A stretch of DNA of 64,000 nt from the NCBI GenBank assembly GCA_023213395.1, contig CM041465.1:127603741-127667740 (forward strand). The letters are read 5' to 3'. How positions within the stretch are numbered: the stretch's first letter is position 1; every line of letters begins with the position of its first letter. The translations under genes were made by a program, and so were the position numbers. The notes beneath the pieces are model-generated. The model was not told where the DNA came from. It did no database searches and saw only the letters and a program-made list of their open reading frames with translations. This document shows positions 52,146 through 64,000 of the stretch, piece after piece. Origin of the DNA: Cycas panzhihuaensis (lineage: Eukaryota > Plantae > Cycadophyta).

Positions 52146-52825
52146 CTACTTTTCCTTGAACTTGTGGTATAAATACTTGAAGTATACTTTGAAAAAGTGA
52201 TTGTGATTATGTCTTGTAACTTCATCATCAACTTCGAAGCGGTCTTTGATTTGCACCATTGTACTTTCCATATAGTCTTCATCAAATTGTGATCTAAATA
52301 TAGGTGTGAGTTGCTTCAAATGAATATGAGTGCCTTCATCCTTGAGTTTATTCTTTTGATGAGAATTAACTGGGTTAGATGTAGATGTAGTTTTATCAAA
52401 TGTATCATTATGTTCATCAATCTTATTGGAATCTTCAACGTTGCATGCCATGTTAGACTTTTTATCAAGAAATACCTATTCTATCATTTATCTCACACAA
52501 AATGCATCATCGATATAGTTAAATCTACTTAAATCAGAAGATTCTCCCCCATAAAATAAATTGAGAGTATCCCAAATAAATTCAGATGTGTTCATATCAT
52601 AAACATGAGTAAGTATATCATCATCTATGGTATAAAGAATTAGTGCTAGGGCTTCATTATTATTTTTAAAGTTTTATCTAAAATCTAGTTCATTCATTAG
52701 GTAACCATATTCTACAAATTTCTAAAGGTCATTTATAATAAAGTGTGATTCAACATATATCTCCAAATCTAAAAATTTATCCTATAAAAAATGGAAAACC
52801 TAGTTTTAATATCATTCATAGCCAT
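52146..52825 (-). pseudogene. Truncated Gag of element E with the same novel C-terminus as D
   Basis: MAMNDIKTRFSIFYRINF*IWRYML...NNEALALILYTIDDDIL..., ending HFFKVYFKYLYHKFKEK. Confidence 0.72.
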
Positions 52826-55387
52826 TGTAATTAATGAATCATAACATCAAATGAAATAAGAGGTATATCTTCCTTAATCACTGTAAGATAGATGTTTTCT
52901 TTTGAGATGAGACAAACTTTTCAAAGGATATGTATGAATCTTAAAATTTAGGAGCAATGTAATATGTTTGAGATTTTAAATATTATAGAGATGGCCTTAA
53001 CTTAATTTGAATGTTCCTTTCACATGAGAATAAAAGAATTTGAAATATATATAAACAATTTTTAAATTACTACTTCCATAGATCAGAAATAACTTGATAC
53101 TAACAAAAGTATATCCTTTTAATAAATGCTATTTATACATCAAGTTTTATAAGACTTAAAAAGTGAGCTTAAAATAATATGCTTTTAAATAATCATATGT
53201 AATGAAGTATAACTTGAAATGCTTTTCAAGTTGAAATGGAGCAAAGTGATCTTTTAATTTCAATTACTTATTAAGAATAAGTATCTGTCAAATGAGCCTT
53301 TTTAAATTAAAGAAATTATGTAGATAACCCTAAAATATACTCCTTGAAACATAAAGTAAATAACTTACTTGAAAGAGAGAAAGATGAAAAGATGTATACA
53401 TGATCTTTCAAATGAATACTTTAATGTAAAGTAGCTTAACCAATAAACAAGGTGAAGGTTTTCTTATGTAAATTTTATCTTTCAAAAAATAGAAGAAGCT
53501 CCTTGAACAAATAGCTTTAAATAACTTTCAACAAGAATATATTTAATTTCAATGAGATTATATTCAATGAATCAATAACAAGCTATAAGTAAATGAATCA
53601 AGGAGATGATCATTTTAAATACTCAAATAGTCTTTTAATCAAGGAGATAACCTACCTTCTTTCAACATTATAATTAAATAATACTTAAAGTAAATCAGAT
53701 TTGAAATGAAGACTAAACTAATAATTCTTTTCTAAAATGATGAATATAAATGGCTTATAATCTTTTCAACAAGGATGCATATAAGAGACCTTATAATGAA
53801 AGATGATGTATATAAAGATGCAATGATATCTTTGAGTAAAAAGAGCCTTAAAGCTTAAAATAATTAAGAAACTATAACCAATAACTTATGTAATGGTGTA
53901 CTTATATGATTTCAAGAGATATGAGGGCCTTAAGACAAATAAAAGTTCCTTTAATTTATGAAATAATAAGCTCAAAGTGCATAAGATTGCTTGCAAATGC
54001 TTTTAGATATATTATAAGTGAAATAAAGGTGAGCTCTTTAGTGGATTCTTTTTTAAACGAGGTGTACTTATTAAAATAATCAAGAAGGTAAATGGCCTTA
54101 AATATGCATAAATACTCAAAAAAGACTCCTTAAATAGGTAAAAGATGCTTAAAGAAATCACTTAGATTCACTTTTAAATGTAATGGAAAAGAAATAATGA
54201 GGTAAGAGGTACTCGATTATAGCTTTTGAATGTAATTGAGCTCCTACTGCTCTAAAAGCCAAAAATAAAGCTAAAAGGTTGCAAAATAGCTTGTAAATCC
54301 TATAAACACTAGAAAATATAGTTAATAATCAATTAGTGTATAAACATTAATTAAATATATTCACTTGGAAAAATGTTTTGGCTCAAAATATCTTCAAAAG
54401 TATTTAACTAGGACTAAAATGGAGATTTTACTTTATGGATGTTAATGACCTACAAAATGATGTTAGAATAAGATGAAACCTATTCTATCATGAAGAGCTC
54501 TGAAAAATTCTTTCCAACAATTTAGATAGCTTGAGAAATAGAGTTGCAGAACTCAAGTTATTAATAAAATAATGAAAAGACTTGTTTATGACTAATGAAA
54601 TATGAGTAATAAATGAATGTTAACTTTGACCTGATCAAACTCTATAAATAATGGCTCAAATCAATAAATAAGGACTTTAAGCTATAGAGATTTGAATCAG
54701 CTTTTTGACACTTTAGATATTTCATAAGTTGGATAAATGGTTATAGATATATTGTAGAAATAGTGTAGGTACCTTTTTTGAGGCTTGTGTGACTTACGCG
54801 TAAAACTAATAAACTAAAGTAGAAGTACAGAACCATAACATGGGATCAAATAGCCTCAAAATGAGATGAAAATTTAGAGAAAGGGATGCAATGATGATAG
54901 TTACCTAGTAGATGTATAATGTTTTAAAAATAAGCTTGTATTGAGGGGAATGGAGTTGTGGAAGTCTAAGGGGCTGTAGGAGCCCAATTGAGCAAAATAA
55001 AGCCTAAAACCACCTCAAATCTCTTTTAATAAGCATTGAAAATAGGATTAGGGCTACCAAAATGACAAATAAAGCTTTAACAAGAAGAAATTATCAATAT
55101 TAGGCTTATAATGAATGAAAAACGTGATTTTTCATTCGTTTTCTTTAGAAAACTTCGATCCAAACTCTAGATGAGTGTAACCAAGTTAAGGGGCTACTAT
55201 AAGAGGTTGTAAATGATTGGAAATGTTGGGATAAATACACATACTATAACTGTAAAAATCTAAAGAAAACCATAATTAAATAGATCATATATATCAAAAA
55301 TAGCCAAATATTAATAAAAAACTATATAAAAATGTTAATAAATTGATAAAATATCAATGTAAATGCTTACTATGAAGTGAAATCAAT

Positions 55388-55515
55388 GCTCTAATATAGG
55401 TGGCCAAGATCTATGCTCTAATATAGGTGGCTAAGATTTATACTCTGATACCATAATATAATTGATCAAAGTGCTTTGATACCAAATGTAGGAGGCCCAA
55501 GAAGCTTTGATACCA
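55388..55515 (-). repeat. Array of five PBS-like copies (three full, two partial) with short spacers
   Basis: rc PBS starts at 55388, 55415, 55442, 55473, 55504 (periods 27, 27, 31, 31). Confidence 0.88.
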
Positions 55516-58500
55516 TGTTAGAATTGCTTAAAGTAGCAAGTGAAATCATGTAAGTCAAACCATATTCAAAATACACTTGTGAAGTAGCATTATATTAATC
55601 CATTGTGAAAAGAGTATACACGATTTCTAATAGTTGGTGGTGTTGAAGAACAACAGGGTTTAAAACCCCATAAGATATATACTTTTGATGAAGGAGGGAA
55701 ACCTCCTTAACCTCCAGTTCAAAATAATATAAAAATTGCTAATACACAATAAAATAATCTTACCTTTACTTACCATCAAGTAGTGTGCGATCACATGTCT
55801 CTAAGGTGGGACTTATGTGAGGAACATTAACCCCATCAGACTCAAAGTACTTTGTTATGAGCTATGATTTAAAGTATTTTGATGCTATTTTAATAGAGAA
55901 ATTTCAATTTAAATTTGATGCATTATACTAGAACCTTATGAGATAACTAGGGAATTTCATCTTTGAAAGTAAATAAACATTCTTTCTACTAGTTTTTAAA
56001 TCTACAGGAGCTAATTTTAAACCCTCAAAGTGTATTATAAAATTAATTTCATTAAGAACAATCATAAATATATTTTGGGTCTTGTTATAGATAAGGAGGT
56101 AGAAGGAGATTTAAAACTTAAGGATAGGAGATACATGATTATATCTTAAATATGATGAATTAGTATGTTTACTTACTTGGTTATGTAGTTTCTTGTTGTA
56201 CTATTAGCTGATTTACACTTATAATCATGGTTGAATACATAGATCTATTTAATATACTAGTTCCCAAATGTCACAGAGGAAACTATATTATGCGAATACA
56301 TAAAATAAAAGCTTATCTCAAATTTAAGCTTCTATGGAATTTGGGTATTAATTTTCCTATTTATCCTAATAATCTTTTGATTATTGATGAACTTAGGAAG
56401 AAAGACAAAGAAGCACTCTCTATTCTATTTTTTGCCATGGATGAAGCATTACTTCCTTAAATTTATCATATAAGTACTTCAAAAGAAGCATAGGATATTT
56501 TAAATCTATCTTTAATCTAGATGTTAAGTTATCTAATGAAAAGATTATGGTTATTAAAGAAAGAAACCAAGATTTTCATGAGAATTTAGGATAAGTTATT
56601 GATCAAGTTATAAGCTTGAGTGGGAGTTTCAAAGATTTTAGGTATTTTCAAGCATATTTTAAAAATTTCAAAAGATTAAGATATTTTTAACCATATTGTA
56701 GGAATGTTCAAGTAAAATTTTAAACATAAGATTCTCGAACAAATTTTTGAGATAATATTATAGGTGATTAATATACAAGTAATTAAGATTCTCAAGCAAA
56801 TATAAAAGTTCATGTTGAAAAGGTATTTCAAGAACATAATGAGAATGTATGTGCAAATAACATGGTTGATGAATCTACTATTGAAGAACTTATTATTGAA
56901 TGCATTACTAAATCTACTAATAAGGCCATTACTGAGACTACTACTATTGTGTATATTGAGTATGATGAACCTATTATTGTTTATGAAGAACCTATTAATG
57001 ATTATGATAAAGAAATTCAAGATGTCAAAGTTTCTTTACTTATTGTTATAAATGTTCTTATTACTTAAAATAAGATTATATTTGAAGTTGACAATGAATT
57101 AAATGCACTTTTATATACTGATATTACTAATGATTCAAATACAAGATCAAATAATATTCCTATTTTAAATACTAATTCAAGTTTGAGTATACAAAGTTTA
57201 AAAGATGAATGGTATAATGATTATAATTATTTAAGTATTGAGAAGGATTTGCAAATTAATGAAGATAAACAAGTTGTTATTAAATCTACTACAGGTGATA
57301 TTCTTGATATAAATTTTGATAAAAAAATGGCAATATCTAAAATGACAAAGTTGAAGTAGAATACAAGGAAGTTGAAGTAGGAATTTGTGAAATAGTTTAC
57401 CTGAGAGAGATACTAAAAGATCTACATCAAAATAAGAATGAACATACAGAGATTTAGTATCATAATTAGAATACTATACAGATGATGAAGAACCAAATTA
57501 TGCAAAGCAAAATAAAATATATCAAGATCAAGCATCATCATTACATTCAAGAGTTGATACAATAAAGACAAGTTAAAGACCAAGTTTTAGATATCATTTT
57601 CAAGACATTTCCAAAGAATAAGTGTTGTAAATTCAAAGCAACATTTATGTTCCTAAATATGCATTAAGGGGGAGTATTAAAATATTGATGTATTAGAGAA
57701 GAATAAGGAGAGATTTTATGTAGTATATATTTATTTATGTAAGCCATAAAAATTAGTGTGCCTTGCACAAAAATAAGTTGTATTATATAACGATAACATT
57801 ATATTATCATTTATACATAATTGTAACATTAGATTACATATTGATATAATGTTCTAAGAAGTTAATAAAATGATGGTATCTTATGATATTGTTTATGATC
57901 CTTGTATTGCACTTATTGCACTCTATTGTTTATTCATTTATATTAGGTTCATTATTATTTTATCATAGTATCAAAGTATATAAATTTAATACGGTATTAA
58001 TGTATGTAAAAAAAATTTAATATATATAAAGTCCTTGGAATCTTTAGATATACATACACTTAGGAAAGGAACTTAGTTTACGTTTTCAAATTTTTTTAGT
58101 TGCTTTCCTTCTTAAGAAAAGAGGTGCTTAGAATCTATACTATACTTTAATTTCCCATATTATTACCTTAGCCTCCTTTATCTTTTCTAGGATTAATAGT
58201 GAATAAGAGAGTTCTAGTTGAGGAATAGTTGTACCAATTAATTGCATACATTTACCTTATTCAAGGGGTTTGAGTTATAAAGGTAACCTTGTCCCTCTTA
58301 CTTTAAAATAGAAAGAGGTCTTGGCTTTCAAGACCTGGTTTTGGGGAGGGAAATTCACTTTATTAATAACACTATATGATATCAATCTACTTCATAGATG
58401 TAACAATTTAGCAAATGAGCACTTTAGCAAGTTATTCTAAATCATGATCTAAGTTAAACATGCATATATAAAAATTTTATGTTAGAATAATACCTATCTT

Positions 58501-59627
58501 AGGCTTATACCTAATGCAAATATATTGATTTATGTGGTGTTTATCAATTATTGACTTTAAGGAGTGTGTTGATGGCATCATTGTTCTACTTATTTATATT
58601 ATGAGATCATTGACCTTAGTGTTTATAAACATCACCTTCATTGCAAATTTATTATCCCTTCAAGTCTTATATTCTATGTTATTTACTTTGCATTTGTATG
58701 TCAGGCCCTCTACACTAATATTTAGCATATGAGTTATATTAGGTAATGTAGATTATTTGTTGTAACTTATATTTGTGATCTTACCTATGCTTTTCCATAG
58801 TGTTATGGAGTTATATCTATGATCTTTGTTATATATTTTATCTTTCACATCTCATATCTTGCATGTATCTTTAATGTTTATTTGGGTTCTCAAGTTTGAC
58901 TTTCTATTTAACATGATTCTCTCTTTACTATGATTGTTTTTGTATAAAGTTATTTATTCTCCATTATCTATAATTTGTGTGTGGAATTTATGGACATTGT
59001 TAGACTTGTTTCTAATTTGTCTCATTCTAAGGATCAATATTAGGGTCATGCTTGGTCTTTATGTATATTTTATGGGCAATAAAATCTTCTACCATGTATT
59101 AAAATCCTTGTTTAGTATATTGTCTACGTCTAAGTGATCTTTGATATCCTGATCTATTCCAAGTAAAACGTAATATCCATATTTATTATCTGGTTGGTGA
59201 ATACTTATTAAAATCTTCCATCTAGTATTAGTTGTATCATAAGAGTTTATATGTGTTTCTAGTATCTTTCCCATCTACTATTAACTACATCATTATAGAT
59301 TGTATGTGGCTTTGGTATCTTACTTATTTTACCATTTGTGACATACACCCTATTACATCTACATTTAGATTAAATTTGTTGATGGTCTTTAACCTTTACC
59401 TATCCCCTTAGTAGTGCGTTAACTAAAGTACTAATCATACTATGTTTATAATTCGATTCAGGGTGCTTACTACTTACCCCCCTATTTAGTTTAAGGTGCT
59501 TATCCTCTCATCCTTAAGAAGGGCAAGTATATATTATTTGGTTTTGGGTGATTATCCCCCTTGACCTTAAGAAGATTAGGAATACATTAGTGTGTATTGT
59601 ATTTTATTCATGAAGCCCTTCTCTGTC

Positions 59628-62410
59628 TATAGTAGATCTGACATCCACCATAAAAATAAATATAAGTTTGGTAAATATTTCTTTGAAAAAATAAATTATA
59701 TTATATTAAATAAATGTGATAATTTTACATGATTTTGGGGGCATATTTATACAAATAAGGCACCTCTTTATGAGAATTCATGATAATTGATAATTAGTTT
59801 ATTAATATTTATAATTGGTTGCAAGGTTTATAATAAGTCCCTTCCCTTTTGAAATACTTTACCTTTAAAGCATAAGAGGTCTTTAGAAACTTCATATCAC
59901 CACTTCCTATTACTGTTAAGATATCCAAAGTGGTCCTATTACTCTTGTGTCAATTTATTAAAATTGTTACTATATAATTTACTAGTGAAAAGTGATGTAG
60001 GTTATATATTATTTCTACTAATTTATTTAGTGAGTTAAGAGGGTGTGATCCCATTGGTCAACTATCTACATTAAAAGGGTGTGGCCCCATAGCATAATAA
60101 ATTCTAGACTCATAAAAATGGAGATATGAATTCTCCTTATGATAAATCATATTATCATTTTTATGTTGTATGGGATGATCCTAATTCTATTCAAGCATGC
60201 CAAGTCTATGAGTGTTTTGCTCAAGCATGATAATATGTATTTTATAAGGGAGAAAGTCCAGGCCATCATCTAAAATTTTACCTTACGCAAGAGGAGAGTC
60301 TACCTTATCATTCAAAGGTTCTTCTTGCACTGCAAGTAGCACATCACATCCTTTCCAAATATCTAGTTCCAAGGGGATCATATTATTATTAAATGGGGAT
60401 ATAAGTAAAATAATGTCCTTAATAGGCTTATTAAAATATGTGAAAGTGGGAAATTAGCCTCTATAATTAGCATGTCATGATATCCAATCTTTACTTTAGA
60501 TAGAGTCACCTCATAAGCAACTTGATACACTATTTCTTAAAGCTCTAAGACAAAGGTTCCTCAATATAATTATGTTGTGAAGAGTACCATGTCCTAGCCT
60601 ATGTGAAGAGTTGATCTTATTAAAAATATGATGTGATTAAGATCCATAAACCTTCATTCTTGAATGAGTGATTATTTTCTTCAAAAACTTCTTCCAATAT
60701 ACCAAGCTAATCGTAAAGACTTATAGATCCATTTCTCTCAAAATTGGAAGGTCACTTGTAAGGATCATTTTCTCTCTTTTTATTTTATTTTATTTTATTT
60801 TATTTTTTGAGGGGGAGAAATAATGAGTTAAAATGGTTGTGATATATGTACATATAATATAATATATGTATTATCTTAAAGCAATGTATATATACCTTAT
60901 AAGTCTCAAAACTAATGATATATTCCAAACTTTAAATTAATGACTATATTTGATAGACAAGAGGGCATCGCCAATTTGATAATTTTATATATAATATATA
61001 TTTATGTACACCTCAGAATATTTATTAATGGACTTAAAATGGGGGTCGTGATAGAGTATAATTATTACTAAACTTAAATATTTATAACACATACATTTGA
61101 CAGTTATTATCATTAATTATCTAATCGATTTGACTATATATTAAATACTCAAGTATTATAATTAATTGGTACATAGTTAGGGAAAAGAAGAAGAAGAAGA
61201 TATATGTAGACTTAGGATATTTGATGGCATAAATTTAATATATATTTATTAGCATGGATGCTAGTATTCAATGACTATTGAATTGCTTATTTCCCAATGA
61301 GGAGGCCATGTATATATTTAGGACCAAATTTATATGTTTAGGTGTACGTATTATATTAACATCATTTAGGTAGGCATATATATTGATATTGACTTATGTA
61401 GATACAAAGTTTGTTTCATCTGGCATTCATAAATCGATATATGGTCATCGACTTATGCAAAAGTAATATTTATATCAACCAAAATTTCATGGATAGATTA
61501 ATATATTCTTAGCATGGAGGCAGTGGATATATGCTTAATGTAGAGGAAGGCATTCAAATAAGATAGAGTAATCACTATACCAAAATTGATATCTACATCC
61601 TTGATAGATTTATATAATTAATTAATCACTTGGCATAATAATAGGTAGCAATGTTAATAATTAGGACTAATATAGGTTTGTATATCATCTTGATGCTTGG
61701 CAAGCAACATGATTAATATGGGTTGGTTTATGGCTCAATGAATGATATAGTATTATGCATAGGATAATTTATTTTGCATAAGTAGATCAATGACTCAACA
61801 TAAAAATATGAATAACTTTGATGATTATCGAATGCTAAATGCTATGTAAGGCTTGAATGAAGGGAGATATTAAGTTGCTAAATATAGGTTTATAAATCTC
61901 CACATAGATAAGGACAAAATACAATATAATTATTATGAAGGTGAGTATTATGATGCCAAAACATAAGTATACAAATGACCACATAGATAGTAATAGGAAT
62001 GGGATGAAATGGCAATTATTAAGGTGACATGGGTGTGCTAATATGTGTAGACTTTAATGAAGTAGGATAAAAATAGATGAAGAATAATTGTAGTATAACA
62101 TAGAAGTAATTAGTGTAAGGGATTAAAGGATGGATGCAATAAAATGTTGAGGATGATTATGTGAAGACAAATAATAAGTTTCCCAAGAAGGGCTCTAATA
62201 TCACTTATAGTAGATTTGATGTCCATCATAGAAGTAAATATAAGTTTGGTAAGTATTTCTTGAATTAAAAAAAAAAAGTATTAAATAAATGTGATGATTT
62301 AACATGATTCTAGGAGCATATTTATACAAATTAAGTACCTCTTTATGAGAAGTTACAACTATTGATAAGTAATTTATTAATATTTATAATTGGTTACAAG
62401 GTTTATAACA
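59628..62410 (-). mobile_element. Element H: ancient short-LTR (~205 bp) non-autonomous Gypsy derivative
   Basis: LTRs 59628-59835 and 62206-62410, TSD CTGTC/CTATC, rc PBS gctctaatatca 62192-62203, rc PPT cccttcccttt after 59835, faint integrase C-terminal residues (HTLFNVD-like ~60080). Confidence 0.8.
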
Positions 62411-63460
62411 CTATCTTCCATTTTGATTCATGTCCTTATGTCGAAAGCCCCAAATGATAGACATTAGTTAGATTTCCACTAATTAAAGACAAATCTTTTA
62501 CTGTAGACAAATTAATAATGACCACACTTTTAGATCTAAGCACTTTCCTATGCAATAAGTTTGTAGGAAAATCAATAAATCTAAAATTGAGAGATATTAA
62601 AAGATTTAATGAGGTAATCAAAGAGAAGACATAGATAAAAATTTTAATTAAGAGTGATTTAATATTTTCTATAGTTTAAAAAATTTAAATTAATTTCATA
62701 TTTTTCTTTAATTTCATAGTAAGTACCCCTTTATCACTAAGTTACATGTCATATAATGGAGCTAGCATAACCAAACACTTATTTAAAAGGAGCTTATTAG
62801 TATTTTAAAGGAGCCTTTTTCATTTTTAAATATGTACTTTTATTTAGACAACTGTAGCTTTCATGTTTAGACTCCAATGTTTTAACTAGTTGACTTATTG
62901 TAATCCTTATTTCCACCACTTCAAAATGAGTAGTTTTATTTATATGTTGGGTTTCTTTTTTATAGTCATTTTAATATCTAAAAGTTAAAGAAGTTTTTTA
63001 TAACATTTTTATTTATCAAGAGGGTTTATTAAAATTATTGCTTACTTGTACTCTTGCAGTTTTAACTTTCTTATATGATTTTAGAATTTAATTCCATTTA
63101 ACACATTAAATTCTTGACTCATTCACCTTTAAGACCAATGGTCATATTCTTATATTTAACTTTATTTGATGTGAAATTTTAAATTAAAAAATTAATGCAT
63201 ATTTTATAATCTTCCTTTGAGATGACCTAAGTAAAAAATTACTCATTATAATCTAAAATTTAATTTAAAAATTATTATTTTAAGGTGTTAGAATTTTAAT
63301 TTAGATATGTGCACATGTCTTGGAGTTGAAGTGGGATAACTTGTGGTGTAGTCTAGTGATTTTTAGTGAATTTCATTACATTTCCCTTGATTTTCAAAAT
63401 ACCTTTTAACTTTACTTTTTAAAGTATCTTTTCATCATGTCTTTAAGCATCAATAATGTG

Positions 63461-64000
63461 ATGGTTCTAAACTTTGATGGTTCAAATTATATAAATTAAA
63501 GTAGGCAAATAAAGCCTATATTTATCTCTAAGGACATGTGGGATTTAAATTGCAATGTCTATAATGTACTAGCTCAGAATGCTCTTATAAATGAAATTAA
63601 ACTCTTCAAAGAGAATGAAAAGAGGGATAATAAGGCACTTATCTTCATCTTTTATGCTTTTGAGGATTACATCCATTTAAGACAAAGTGATACAAAGACT
63701 TTTAAAAAAGATTAGGATATGTTCAAGACTATATATAAGATAGTTTTGAGAATTATTGAATAAGTCATATCAAGTGAGTCATAAACTATATCACCAAAGT
63801 TCAAGGGCTAGTCAATCGAATGAGAGATCTAAGGGAAGATACTAATGAGTAAAGAATAGTGGAAAAGGTATTAAGAAATGTAAGAAAAGTTAAGAAATTT
63901 AAGATAGTAACTACTTGTATGAAAGTACTAAAGGACCTCACCATAATGAAGGTTAGTAAACTAGTAGTTTTTTGCTTATAATAGAAGAAAATAAGAATGG
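63461..64000 (+). pseudogene. Copia gag remnant running off the window
   Basis: MVLNFDGSNYIN, KRDNKALIFIF, LVNRMRDLREDTNE*RIVEKVLR, KDLTIMKVSKLV. Confidence 0.75.

Larger units (their letters stand above)
51791..55838 (-). mobile_element. Element E: Gag-only (TR-GAG-like) LTR element related to D
   Basis: 323-bp LTRs 51791-52113 and 55516-55838, TSD AACTC/GACTC, rc PPT tactcccccttaa 52114, rc PBS gctttgatacca 55504-55515; LTR and internal sequence similar to D. Confidence 0.93.
51150..57991 (+). mobile_element. Element F: old internally deleted Copia derivative, interrupted by E
   Basis: ~315-bp LTRs 51150-51461 and 57675-57991 (tatta(g/a)aatatt.atg.attagagaa.aataag.agagatttt...), PBS tggtatgagag 51462, PPT ttaagggggag 57664-57674, gag remnant RKKDKEALSILFFAMDEALLP (56227-56460), RNase H tail ~57350-57650; no TSD found. 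Confidence 0.82.

Noticed and set aside
55388-55515. True CRISPR array
   Set aside because: Eukaryotic retroelement context, 12-bp repeat equals the tRNA-iMet PBS, no cas genes

Overview
AT-rich plant nuclear DNA with no intact host gene; the element families and heavy C>T/G>A decay suggest a large gymnosperm-like genome, but that is inference. The window is a nest of retroelements, most of which I could bound by LTRs, PBS/PPT and target-site duplications (TSDs). A non-autonomous minus-strand element A (3104-28239) carries Copia-1 (3155-10658, +) in one LTR and Copia-B (13853-27976, -) in the other; Copia-B in turn holds a younger CRM-like Gypsy C (16712-23420, +). Further on are two related Gag-only elements D (29531-39015, holding a full-length L1-type LINE at 32054-38185) and E (51791-55838), a truncated Gypsy G (43544-49062) bracketed by a 1.1-kb direct duplication, a deleted Copia F (51150-57991), a short-LTR Gypsy derivative H (59628-62410) and a Copia gag remnant at the end. 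Most notable: the leaders just downstream of the primer-binding site of two different Copia elements contain short host-gene fragments antisense to the element (ERD15/PAM2 and cytosolic leucyl-tRNA synthetase in Copia-1; ribosomal protein bL12 in Copia-B). Several other elements carry repeated PBS copies separated by ~19-nt LTR-end-like spacers. Together these suggest a PBS-proximal sequence-acquisition process. All protein identifications are by eye from remembered family motifs and need database confirmation.
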